Shown piece after piece: positions 50,769 to 63,283 of a stretch of 64,000 nt of DNA. How positions within the stretch are numbered: the stretch's first letter is position 1; every line of letters begins with the position of its first letter. The notes beneath the pieces were generated by a model. That model was not told the DNA's origin and made no database searches. It saw only the letters and a list, made by a program, of their open reading frames with translations. The position numbers and the translations under genes were made by a program. The DNA comes from Diadema antillarum (Eukaryota): contig NW_027271368.1 of NCBI RefSeq assembly GCF_040938485.1, forward strand, positions 1,240,001 through 1,304,000. The letters run 5' to 3'.

Positions 50769-53700
50769 GTGAGTATTTCATGGGAGTCTGGGTCCTAGGT
50801 ACAATTTGAAAGAGTGAGTCTTTCATTGCAAATTTCAATAAACTTTCAATTACAGATTGTCTTAATTTGTGCTTGTATCATCTTTTTAGAGACTTGAGAC
50901 TCTCTTTGAGTCGTTGAGGAAAATTAAAATCATATGTTCTACTAGCCTGACCAGACACTGTGCTGCGCACAGGGTCTGACATGTGTTAGTGTTTCAACGT
51001 TGTAAACGACCGTCACTATTGACGGCAAAATCACATAAAATACCTTTTATTTTGTATGATTTTAAGAGTAATATAATTTGCAACACTTACCTACAGCGTA
51101 TTTTCCTGATGGTTGAGTTGAATTCGGCGTTTTGTTGGTATCCAGACCTTATTGTTGAATTTTTCGGAGTAGATCGTGCGGTTGCATCTTCTCCTTCGAG
51201 AGCTTCACAAAAGCAACAAACTACCACGCATGCGCATTCAGAAGTGGTTGCTTTTTACGTACGCCCGTGCGCCCGTGCGTTTCATGTGTTACGTAAAGCT
51301 TGTAGTAGATCCGCGCGTGCTGCACCGGCAATGATTTGAACTTTTTTAGTCGGGGTCATCCGACTATCTCATCACTTCCGCCCCGACTACCTACGTTGTA
51401 GTATACGAGAGTGAATGCCATTCATATAACACGCAGATGAGGAGTGAAGCAGTAAGGACGTTTACAGACCTGATTTCAGCCATAGATTTCGGTAAGTTTT
51501 AGACGTAATTAAACAAAAAATCGCATACCGGTTATTGAATGATGGTCATAGATTACGATAATTCCTTATATTTTAGTTTTCCACGATTAATAAAGATATT
51601 CATGAAGGAAACAGTGAACGATAACAACGTCCGCGAAGGAATAGAGGTGCAGCGCTGTCGCTTCGCGACAGCGCTGCGTGTAGTTAATGTTCTACTATTA
51701 ATTTTAATACTAACCGCACCAGCGACCCCAACACATTTGTGTAACTGGTTACAGCGGCCCGTGCTGGGGTTAATAAAGGCATAATTCACCATTTGCAGAT
51801 GAAGCAAAAACCCAGCATAGAATGCTCAAAGTGTTTTAAAAAAGTTGTAAAATGTTAGTTGGGGATGGAAAACAACCACTGTAAAAATTTGAATCAGTAA
51901 AAGCGATGTTAAGTATTTTTAAATTAACTATACACAGCCCAGTCGCTGTACGGTCGGGCTATTTTAAATGTGCAAAATGCGAATGAAGAATAGGCCTAGT
52001 TATAATCTGTACAATGTTTCCAGACTAAACCATCTACACTTTAGAACAGTTAGTGGAAAGACTTCCTTTTGAGACAGCCACCCCAATTACACTAGTAGTA
52101 TTACCATAGGGCTCCTACTAAATCAGTGCAGATCTATACAACTCTACCTAGCCTAACCTTGCTTGCGATACGCATGGATGCACGCACTCACTTTTTGGTG
52201 GCTGTCTCAAAAGGAACTCTTGCCCAGTTAGTGAGTAACGGTTTATAGAGAAAAATTGATTGATTCAAGCCCGGAATTTCAACTTTTACAAGCCTGTATG
52301 ACGTCATATTGAGTCTGATTGACTTGAAACTGGGTAGAATTATTCCTTGACATTTAAGACATCCAATCCATGTAAAAATAAAACATAACATTTCTAATAT
52401 TGCATACGAGCTACGCGTGCACATTGGGCAGATCTGCGCGCGCGCGTACGCGTCCGTCAATTTTTTTATCAAATGCTCCAAATGGCCTGAAACGTGTGCA
52501 AAACAATGTTGAGCTCGATCAGAGCATGTTAAAATTTCGATGGGCACTTAAGTTCTAAGAGAGGAGATGGATTTTGAGTAAATGAATAGATAGAGCTTGA
52601 TTTGAGCTATAGGAAAATTTTCATTCGGCTAGCTCTAGATGAATGAGTTGTGATTTGAGATAATGACATCATACTGACATCACACTTGACTTAGCACAAT
52701 GAAACATTAGATCTGTCGTCCTTAGGACATTCATGATACATACAATGTATATGGTATAAGTTTGTTATTGATAGTCAAAGAACTTTTTGAGTTAACCTCT
52801 GCACAAGATGTTTGGGGAAAGAAATAAAGAATAAAGAATTTTGTACATCTATACAGAAGGTGATCAGAGTGGATACTCAGATCACCTATTAAATCTCTGG
52901 AAGGAATGACTTCAATATTCAGTTTATATAAAGTAAAGGTAAATTATTTCATTCTTTCATCCAGCTCAAGAGCTCTCATTGACCGGCCTGGTTCCAAAGG
53001 TTGAGAAACTGACCCTCCAGGAACCTCCAGAGTCATCTGTTCCAGGTCCTCTCCACAGCAAAGACCCTCAGCATGCTCAGCAGGCAGATAAAGCAGATCA
53101 ACTATTCCTACCAGTCCTCAATTTGCCCCCAGAATCTCAGATGAGTTTGGAAAGTCATCAGTTTCTAGCTGAGGTAGAAAGACCAGAGCAAATGCAACAT
53201 CATGACTCATCATATCATCCTGAGAGTGGTAGAGAGGGACTGGCATCTTCCCCAAGAGAAAGACAGGTGTCTGCTCAGCTTCCTTGTCGGCCATCGGAAG
53301 CAGTAGTCCAACATCCTGAAGGTGACCAGTCTATTCCAGCAGAAGAGGGTGCCATGTCTTACGCAGGATCACTGAGAAGTGGAGAAATCTTCAACCGTCC
53401 TTCCCAGAATGCTCCTAGCCACAGTCCAGGTACAGATGAAAGAGGGAGTCTACCAGGTGGCGTTATACATCCTTCAAGCCAACAGAGTTCAGCAAACACA
53501 TGTTTGATTGGCAAATCTTCACCTGCTGTCTTGGGAAATCAAACAGCTCTGAGGGAATCTCTTGGAGTGGCTGTACATCCTTCTGATCAAGAGAGTACAC
53601 TGTCAGCAAACCATGGTCATTCACCATATCCTGGAGATGGAAATGTGAGTCATGACAGTCAGCAGATTCCAGGGGTGAGCCTCGGCAGTTGTCAGACAGC

Positions 53701-56700
53701 GTCAACATTTTCAGGACACCACTCAGATCTGAAGAGCACAGGGAATGCTTCAGTGCAAAACCCATCACTGCCAATTTCCCCACAAAAGTCAAGTCCATTT
53801 TTAGCTAATGTGTCTCTTGAACAAATAGAACAGCTTGTAAATGCTAAAAAACGGGAGTACCAAACAAGTGTTAAAATGAGGCAGGAAAGTGAACTAGATT
53901 TTGATGAACCGAGAGAGAAAAAGAAGCCTGGAAGTTTTCTACCCTCAGATGTTGAGAAAGATGCAGTGTCCACCTATTCTGAACCTCTATGGACAGAAAA
54001 GCCCAAAGAAAAAGACAGAGAGCATGATGATGATGATGAGAAGGATGTTTGTGAAAAGAGAGATGATGATGACATGGAAGTTTCTTTTAAAGACGAACCT
54101 CAAAACTTTGAAATTGAAGGAATAGCTGCCCAAAGTGACGTCGTAGAGTGTGAAGATTTGCAGACAAGTGCAGGTTTCCTTGATGAGGAGGAACATTTGC
54201 CGGAGGTGGAAAGTAAAAGCTTTGAAGCAGTGAAAGAAGAGGGAGAATGGCCAGCCCTTGAAGTAGCTAAGGAACTAAATGAAGCCAAAGAAAAGAAGGA
54301 GAAGGAAGAGGCTGCCATCCAATATGATGAAACCACAGGCATAGAGGTGAATCTCTTTGCCAGAATGAAGGCTGACCCTTCTTCTCTCACCAGCAAGGAC
54401 AGGGACCTCATCCAGAAGCAGATGATGAAGCACTTGGAGAGGAAAGCTGCTCCTCCAGAGAGCAAGGAGCCAAAGGTAGAGTTTGATCCCGATAAGAAAC
54501 TGTTGCCATACCAACACGAATTGGCAGCACCGGGATTGATGGGCTTTAACTACATCATGTGTGCCCCTGTTGGAACGGGAAAGGCGCTTACAGCAGCTGC
54601 CATATGCAATCACCAGAGGAAAATTGCTATCGCAAAGAATGAAGAAAAACCTTACAAGTCTTTGTTCGTTTCGAGTGGGCAGTCTGTCAGTGACCGCCAC
54701 AGGGATGCATTTCAGAATATTTTCCCTCCGGGAGCAGTGTTTGTCCTTGAAAGCCCATCCCAGTTCAAGGAAGTCTTTGACCTGCCCAGCGTTCACGTCG
54801 TGATGTTGACAGCTGAGCAGCTTAGCCAAGTCCTGAAGGAAAGACAGATAGCTTTCATTGATTTGACCACTGTGGTCATTGATGAATGTCATCTGATTGC
54901 TACCAAGCATCCCTTCAATGACATCACCAAGTACTACCTGGCTGAGAAGAAGGACTTGCTGGCGAGGAAGGCTCCCCGAGGGGCATGGACTCTGGGAAGA
55001 CCATATGGTGGAATTTCTTTCATCATAGGTAATTTCATCATGTATGATTTTTCTTTTTGAGTGTCTGTACTTTTAGTTTAAAAATGTTCTCTCTATAGCA
55101 CCCATTTATGTGTCACATACTTAAGCGAGCCTACATGTACAGATGAGCAAAAACCCAGCTTTAATGCCTCAATATTGTTGTTAAACGTTAGGGATGAAAA
55201 TAACCGACATCAAAACATTAATCAGTAAAATCAATGTTAACTGTAAAATTTGAACTATGATAATTAGTAAATCCATTTCTAGAATTAGCATCTTCAGTTA
55301 TGTTTTATCAAGAAAATTGGTGATTTCTCCTTCCATTTGCGGCTTTATTGCAAATTTGTATGTTTTGTTAGGATGTTATACAATTTGTAAGTGAACTATA
55401 CATCTACATCAAATGTGATAATTCTAACATTTTTTTTGTAATCACTGCTACCAATGATAAATAATGGCTTTAATACAATTTCTGTGGAGCTTTCAGAGGA
55501 GGTACCCATACATGGAGTATCGAATGTTAGGACTGAACTTCACTCAGATACTATGTCTCATCTTGTGACAAAATTCATGTGGAAAATGGGGTTGGGTTTA
55601 GGTTGATAAGGATTTTAAAAAATGCCTTCCACCCTTGAAAAATCCTGGGTGATTTCTCCTTTTTTTCTTTTCTTTGTGTGGTACTGATTAACACTGCCAA
55701 AAAATTTATTGTTGAAAAAAAAGAATTTTTCTATCCTAAGATACTAGAAACATTGCCTTGAGTAACTTTTAACACATTAAGCCCAATTATGTTTAGATAT
55801 CCCTAAAGATTATTGGCAGCATTGTGAAGGCAATAGACCGAGAATACAAAATCTGTCCTGTTCAATCTTGCTAGGCCTGACACCAAACCTGGGGGCAAAC
55901 TTGCAGTGCTTCACCCGTGAGTTCATGGTCCGGCAGTGCGGTCTCCTGGACAGCAAGGGAATCCGGCGTGTGGAGTCCGTGGACAACCTGCGAGAGATGC
56001 TGAAGGTCAACAAACCACCAGAAGTGGACACTATGCTACTCACGTCACGTGCCCAGTCTACCATCAACAGTGTCTTCAGGTAAGTATATCAACATTTGTT
56101 AGTTTTTTTTTTTTTTTTGGGGGGGGAGGGGAAGGGTTTTTGGTACCAGGGTATGGATTGCTGATGATTATACTAGGTGAGAGGGGTAATATGCATTTTA
56201 TATGAATGGTCTATACACTGTCAGATTCCTTGTGCAAAGACACTTTGGCCCACATTCACGAAGGTGGTACAAATGAAACCATGGTTTAAACCGGCCCATG
56301 GACAAAAACCATGGAGCGCCAAGTGTCGCAAGGAATATTTCGTTACGAAATTGGTCATTTCGTCAACAAAATAACCGTTTTGTTACGAAATCAGTCATTT
56401 CATGGACGAAATGTTCATTTAGTTACAAAATGTTGTCATTTCATTCCAAAATAATAATTTCATCGACGAAATGACTGATTTCGTAACGAAATATTCCAGG
56501 TGACACTTGACGCTCCATGGTTTAAACTATAGTTTCATTTGTGCCACCTTCATGAATTCGGGCCATAGAGAGAAGTTGTTATGGGAGTTACATGTATAGA
56601 TCAGCTGTGCCATGCATTTTAATCAAAACTTACATTTTATTCCGTGGAGATTATGTGGCTACCCAAATATTTGAAGTCATGTCAATACAACTTAACTCAT

Positions 56701-59700
56701 TGTCTTGACTACAGTTTTCTGTTGTTGCCATTTTGAAATGCACACCTTAACCAATAATCGAGTGCATCAATCATATAGGCCCTACATACAAACATATGAG
56801 AGCGATTTCTCAGTGCCTAGCGACAGTGTATAACCAGTGCTTGTAGAAACCTGAAATGTTGGTTGTTAACATTTGTTTGTTTGTTTGTTTGTTTTTTGTA
56901 ACTATCTGTCAGAAGGTAAAACTACTGGCTTAAATTGCATGTTTTGAAGCCCCACAATCAGAGATACGCATCTTACATGGGTAGTGTAGTGATGTCATGT
57001 AACCTTGTATTGGATGTCTCATCATAATGTCCCAAACTACATAGGTCAGTTCTGGAGAAGCTCATGTCTTCCATGGAGGAGCGATACTCTCCAGACGGGG
57101 GCCTCCAGGGGGACACGCCCCGAAAGGGCACCAAGGAGTACCGGGCCTGGATCCAACCCAAGCGCATGCTGGCCAAGCAGCTGGGAGAAGTGGACCGTTA
57201 CTTCCCCGCCACCTACCTGGTCCTGCTGAACGACGCCCTGTGTGTGCACGAGGACCTGCGCTGCAAGGAGGCAATGAAGTTCTTGAGCTCGGAAGATGGG
57301 AAGCTGCAGGCAGAGAAAGGCTTTGCTGCATCAACGGGTGAGAAAATCTTAGTAGCCACTTCCTTTAATGGGCGAGCATTAAATACAAAGAATATTTTGA
57401 ATTCACATTCATTTTGTTTAATGGGATATGTGAATACGGTATTTTCAAATGAATGTACCTACTATGTTGAAATGTTTAATATCATGCAGGGTGTAGCACA
57501 TTTTAACTTCCAAAATTGATATTTTTCCATGCTATGTTTTTATCTGGTGGTTGTCTGTTACACTGTTTGAATGATGTTTAGAAATTACGTGGGACTGAGA
57601 GTCAGGGGAAAATTGATGAGATGAAAGTCAGATGATCAGGGTTTAATAAGTTTAGGGTGTGTACAGTTCTGGTCGAGGTGAAGATTTAGCTTTTAACGTT
57701 TTGCGAGATATTCAGAAACCATTCTATGAGATGTCAAAGAGCATGCAGTTCTAAGGGGTATCAAAAGTTTATTTGATGAAAATCGGTTTTGAAATGGCTG
57801 AGATATCCAAAAACAAGGTGAAACAAAGAGATCCTAATAAAGTTGTGGCATGTCGCCTTTTATTATTAGCACTTTTTTTTGGATATCTCGGCCATTTGAA
57901 AACCAATTTTCATCAAATAAACGTTGAATCCTTCTTGAAATTACATGCTCTTTCATATTTCATAAAAGAGGCTTTCCATTATCTCACTTTGGAATGTTCA
58001 AAACATGAATCCCTACCTCAACCAGTACTGTACAGTCCCTTTAAGGTACTGCAAATACTGTGAGTTGGACCCATGAGTGCTTTCCACATGAGAAGGAAAT
58101 GAAATGGTGTTCAAATTTTGATATCAATACAAAATATTTCTCTCCGAAATTTGTATTAAGATCAAAAGTAAAACACCATTTTTAGTTGAATTTCCCAACA
58201 CAGATGAGCTTCTACGCTATTATGAGAAGGAAATGTTCAGATTGATCTTCTTCTTTTTTTCCCCCAAATTTCCCGGAACATGGGATTTGTTCAGAAGTGA
58301 TAAGAATTTTCTCTCTCTGATTGGTTTTAGGCAAGGACTGCCATAAGATGTTTGAGGAACAGAAGTTTGAGCTGATGAGACTAGTGAAGGAGGACTCTCC
58401 AGGTCTCTCCCCAAAGCTCTGGTGTCTGGCTCAGAAACTGGCTGAGATCTACGACAAGGATGCTCCTGAAGCAGGTAATTGTTAGGATAGCCATTGGAGT
58501 GTTTGTCCCTTGTGTATTGGTTCATCCAAAATGTGACTGACACTTTACTTTTTACGATTTCATGGTATGTCAATGTGTTGCTCCTTGACTTGTTTGTTAG
58601 TATTTTCCCTGTGCTTTGTTAATACTTCCTCGCTTTGCTGCTTTAATTGTTTTCTTTTATTTCATAGGAAGACCATTATTGTCCTCCCATTTGCCCCTTT
58701 AATAGTGTCCTTTACAGCATGTGTGTGAGTGTTTGTGGGGGGATGTTTGTATGTATGTATGTTCTCTTGTCAGTTTGCATTACTGTCATTGTGTCTACTT
58801 GTGACCTGCTATTGCTACAACAAAAGGATTCTAAAGTTGGGGGAAGACAATTTTTTGAAAATGACACATGACATTATTCCCTCACTCTTCTGCTTTAATT
58901 TTGTATGTAACACGACTCGTAGAAGTACTTGGTTGTGGAGATATTGGTGATTTTAAGAGACCATGTTGAGTGGTGTAGGAAATCAACATTTTGAGAATGC
59001 AGCCTTCAAAGTTTTCCTTCTGACGCAATCGTGATCAAGAGGAGGTAAGACAGTTTTCGCCGCTTGACAATAGGTCTGCTCATAGCAACCTCTGCGATGT
59101 TCATTCAGGCTTATCGCCAGCGGTCTATGCACGACCAGTCTGTAACCAGGGTGCCATGCACTGACCAATAAGATCACTCCCTCGTTGCTATGGATGGAGT
59201 CTATCTGCAGCCCTAAATCCAAATCTTCAGACACATTTCTGTTCTGTTGATAGTCAGAAAATCATGGCCCAGAAAAACTCTAATTTCTTGCCTTTCCTTT
59301 GATCATTTAGCTTTTGAAAAAAACAACACCTTAAACTAAAGACAGTACAGTCAGTCCTTCCTTAGTGACCACCTGTCTATAGCATCCACTTGCTGTATGC
59401 GGTCACTGTAATTCTCTTCAAGAGAAAAGACGTGTTACAAACCCTGTGCTTAGTGGCCACCTGTATAATGCGGCCAGCAGCCATCAATTTTGTTTCCTGC
59501 GGTAGGTATTGGCCTTTGTATAGCAATCACAAACCCATACAGAGCCAGAGCAAAGCTGATAATTCAGCAAGTTTTTTGCTTTGCAGCTATGCTGGTTACG
59601 CATAGCAAATAGTTTTAATGATCACCACTTTTGCATTTACTCATCATTCAGGTATCATAATGAACTCACCAGCTTGCTGTTTGCACACTCAGTGTGCAAT

Positions 59701-62276
59701 CGCTCAATCAATAACTTCATTGTTCAATGCGTGAAGCATGTGCATTGGTATGATGCACTTATAGATGTGATGATACATGTACATGTATGCAATACAGACA
59801 AAATGTCAGATAGCCTGTCTATAACAGCTACCCATCTATAATGGCCACTCTTTTTGCCTCCCTTTGGTGGCTGCTATATACAGATTTGACTGTATTTCAG
59901 TTTTAGTTTGGAACATCAAATTTTCCTGTTTGATACTGAACTGTCAATTCTTCTTGATTCAACATGAAGCTGTATGCAAACTTAATGTCCTCACAAAGGC
60001 ATATAAGCTTCCTTGATTTAGAGTCGTAAATATTGGCAGCCCTGCTCATATCTACATGTAATTAATTAAACTCAAAGCATCCCCTGAGGTCTACCAGCTT
60101 TTACCGTTAACATGCATGAATATAAACATTCATCTCATCTAACACACTACCCACTATTTTATTTTTTCATCATGGCAACAGGTATAATCCTTGTCAGATC
60201 CAGTGCCATAGCAACCCTCCTCGTCAACATCATCAATAGCAACAACATCACCTCATCCAAGGGGATCAAGGCAGTCCAGCTGAGCGACCCAGACGAGGGA
60301 GAGATGGAGGATCGAGACTCCGTGGTATCACAGCAGATAAAGATCTTCCAAGACATTCAGCAAGGTAAAGTACTTAAAGTTTACTCATACTACTCAATGT
60401 CTTAACCCGTTGAGGACGAGTCCTGAGTATACTCGGGCAAACGTCTATGGAAAATGCGTGTTGCAGCAAAATCAAACCATCCTGAGCGGGTGAAGACAAA
60501 ACCGCCAAATCAAACCAATCCCCCCCCCCCCCCCCCACCCAAAAAAAAAAAAAAAAACAAACAAAAAAAAACAAAAAAAAAAACATGTTCACTAGCCTTC
60601 ATCTTTATCTTTGGTACCCAGAGTATGATATAAAGTGGTAGAGTATGATTCACAATTTGAACATCAGGGAGAGTTTAACATGCAGGATCATTGTTTAGGG
60701 TTGTGGGCATGCAGTGTAGCTGTGTAGGCATTGGGAAACTCAACAAACTCTTGTGTCTGCTTGCCACCAGTATACCACAAGCCATAGTTTTCTTTTCTGT
60801 ATTTCTTAACCTGTTAAAGATGAGTCCGGAGAATACTCGGGCAGCTGTCTATGGGAAATGCATGTTATAGCAAAATCAGTCCGTCGATCTGTGACAGGTT
60901 ATAGGACAAGTTCACTCACGTTGTGTGGATTGAGTGAATGCAGCAATGTTAGTTGGACATGACAAATTCATTCAAAAGTTACAGGTAGTGTGAGTTTTTC
61001 AAATTGTAGTGCCCCCACCACTGGATGGGAAGACAAAAATGTTGAGGGAATGTGCACTTTTCTTTTAAAAAAAATTCTGAAACTGTCTTTAAATTTTTCT
61101 TTATTAGTTATTCATATATGTATGCAACATCAAAACCTGTCGTAATCCTTAATTTTTCTGTATTTGTTTTACATACATGTATGTGACATCATAAACTGTG
61201 ATAGTCTTCTCATGCAGCAGTGACTGCACAGAAACTTTAAATATTTGTCAGTTTTGAATGAATTGTCTGATTTTCCTCAAACTTTCCATGTTATCAACTA
61301 ACATTACTGCATTCAGTCAGTCCACACATACTGTATGTATGGATGGGTGAATTTATCCGTGAATAATAGTGCCAGTAAGTTGTCCATGTTCTCTTCTTGC
61401 TGTTACAGGGAAAGCCAATTTGATAGTCAGTACTGACTTTGAGCAGACTGGTCTGGAGCTCCCTTCTTGCCACTTTGTGATTCGCTACAACCTGGTCGAG
61501 GAGGAAGTGAGAACGGTGCAGCGTGCAGCGAGGGCTGGAGCTGGGGAAGGCCTGTGCTTCCTGATTGCTGAAAAGTATGCTTTTTATCTTAATTTGCAGG
61601 GGAGTTATGGGCCAAGGGGTGATGAACAGGAGGGGGGGGGGGGGGGGAGAGGGGGAAAGGGGAAAGATGGAGGAGAGATTGGGTTGTTGATCAGTGCTGA
61701 TGTGGTTGATGAATGTGATTTCAGGCAATAGCTCTCAGATCTTTTATAGTGATAAAATGTTACTAACTAGGAGCCTTCTCAAAGTGATTCGGAAGAATTT
61801 TTGTTTCTTTACTAGCCATGACATGCTTCAAACATCTTTTAACCCATTTAGGATGAGTCCCAAGTATACTTGGGCAAGTGTCTATAGGAAATGGGTGTTG
61901 TAGCAAAATCAGCCCATCCTCAATGGGTTAAAAGAGACGATGAAAGTCACTTTGATATGACAGGCTAGGTTGACCCGTACCAGACTGAATTCTGAAATGC
62001 CCATGACTTAATACGCAGGCCACCAGGTTCCCATATGGAACGGGTAAAAAAACACGAATCAATGTTTAAACATATGATTACATACCATGTTACCACATGA
62101 ATAGTGATATAGTGAAATTTTACAGCCTCGACTTTGCTTCCACCATGTGCAGGTACTCAAACTTAGCCTACGAGGAACAGAGGAAGCGAGATAACTTGAA
62201 GAGCTTGGAGGGCAATTTAAAGGTCCTGAATGAGATGGACCCCAAGAAGTGGTACGACTTGGTGGAGGACAAACAG
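50321..62276 (+). CDS. RIG-I-like receptor (DExD/H helicase, RLR family), 3'-incomplete in window
   Basis: Exons 50321-50768 (DED-like; link inferred), 52965-55028, 55875-56079, 57045-57337, 58331-58474, 60182-60364, 61409-61574, 62126-62276; all GT-AG and phase-consistent. RLR hallmarks: PYQHELA Q-motif, IMCAPVGTGK, VVIDECH, IIGLT, Hel2i (GTKEYRAWI...LNDALCVHEDLRCKEAMKFL), SPKLWCL, CHFVIRYN, and a pincer helix. No CTD exon found before 64000. Confidence 0.88.
51227..51384 (+). promoter_or_regulatory. CpG-rich housekeeping-type promoter
   Basis: NRF1-like CGCATGCGCA (51227-51236), ETS CACTTCCG (51373-51380) overlapping GC box CCGCCCC (51378-51384), just upstream of a small exon. Confidence 0.55.
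51437..51491 (+). CDS. Putative alternative short first exon of the RLR (MRSEAVRTFTDLISAIDF)
   Basis: ATG at 51437, 18 codons + G, consensus donor G|GTAAGT, phase 1, compatible with the acceptor at 52965. Confidence 0.5.
56246..56565. mobile_element. Harbinger-like MITE containing a nested ISL2EU-like MITE (56313-56516)
   Basis: Outer TIR TGGCCCACATTCACGAAGGTGGTACAAATGAAAC / inverted copy ending GGGCCA. Inner element GGAGCGCCAAGTGTC...GACACTTGACGCTCC has an AT TSD inside a CCATGG site. Confidence 0.7.
57654..58040. mobile_element. Kolobok-like MITE
   Basis: AGGGTGTGTACAGTTCTGGTCGAGG ... CCTCAACCAGTACTGTACAGTCCCT followed by TTAA; body homologous to 42903-43283. Confidence 0.7.
59348..59892. 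mobile_element. TA-flanked Tc1/mariner-type MITE
   Basis: TA|CAGTCAGTCCT ... AGATTTGACTG|TA with internal GGCCACCTGT-type repeats. Confidence 0.6.
60406..61927. mobile_element. Three copies of an ~85-bp TTAA-flanked mini-MITE (60406-60490, ~60810-60898, 61843-61927)
   Basis: The best copy is TTAA|CCCATTTAGGATG...CATCCTCAATGGG|TTAA; the body GAGTATACTCGGGCA...CTATGGGAAATG...AGCAAAATCAG is shared. Confidence 0.75.
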
Positions 62277-62551
62277 GTATGAGAGAGAAACCAGTCTTTG
62301 TTGGAATCATTTGATGCTTCAATGGCATTCACCATTTGCCGATGAAACAAAAAACCCAGCTTTAGGGCATCAAAATAGTTCTAAAATGTGAGTTAAGGAT
62401 AGAAACAACCAATGCAAAAATTATGATCCTTATACTGTAATTATAACCAATGTTAAGTATTGCTAGATAATTATATAAAGTGTGAACAACAGATATGATA
62501 AAAATATCTCAAGACTATAAACTGTCTATAGTTATGGTTTAATAAGAAAAA

Positions 62552-62762
62552 TACTGTAAAACGAGGAACGTTCGTGTGCATGTTAATTTTGTGAATTTCA
62601 TGAGCGCCTAGATGTGCGAAATTAAATTGCATGCAAAAGTTCTTGTCTACACTATTATGTATTGAATGCCAGTGGTAGTTCGCGAAAATTTCATGCCGCA
62701 AAAAAGGCTGTCGGCTCCAATTCACAAAAAAGTCATGCCGCGAATATATCTGTTTTACAGTA
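62552..62762. mobile_element. TA-flanked MITE (TACTGTAAAA...TTTTACAGTA)
   Basis: Homologous to 26301-26508. Confidence 0.7.
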
Positions 62763-63283
62763 GTGATATCTCCTTATATTTTAGGCTTCACTTTTAATTT
62801 TTTTTTGTATAGTAGGATGTTTTGTGATACAACTGACCTACACATATGCATCAAATGTGATAACTCAAACATTTTTTTTTTAATCACTGCTCCCAAGGGT
62901 AAAGAATACCTTTAACCCCATGTAGACAAGGTAGTGCTGATTGTGTGGAATGATAGGAGGGAAGGGCAGGGTTAGGATCAGAATGCCGGGTGACATTGGA
63001 CCTTGGACATTTGTCCTAACACCATAATGTAGAGCCTTGCTTCTCAATCAGTTGACTGTGAAACTCTCACAGGTGGCCATGATTTTGGCCAGAAATTAAA
63101 TCAAATACATTGGTAGTCAATCATACTGGGTCAATAAAATAGTACCAGGCAAAGTGGGCCTTTGGCTGAAAAAGGTTAAAAAGCACAGATGTAGAAGATG
63201 AACAGTGAACAGTGCTAGTCTATAAATCCATGGATAGTTTGTTTCATCTTTTTTGTTCCTCTTGACCCAAGTGTAAGCTTTAA

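Noticed and set aside
53765-53779. pLxIS-like motif (SLPIS) in the RLR linker; also PPESKE as a TRAF6-like site
   Set aside because: Short motifs expected by chance in a ~500-aa S/P-rich region; no conservation data.
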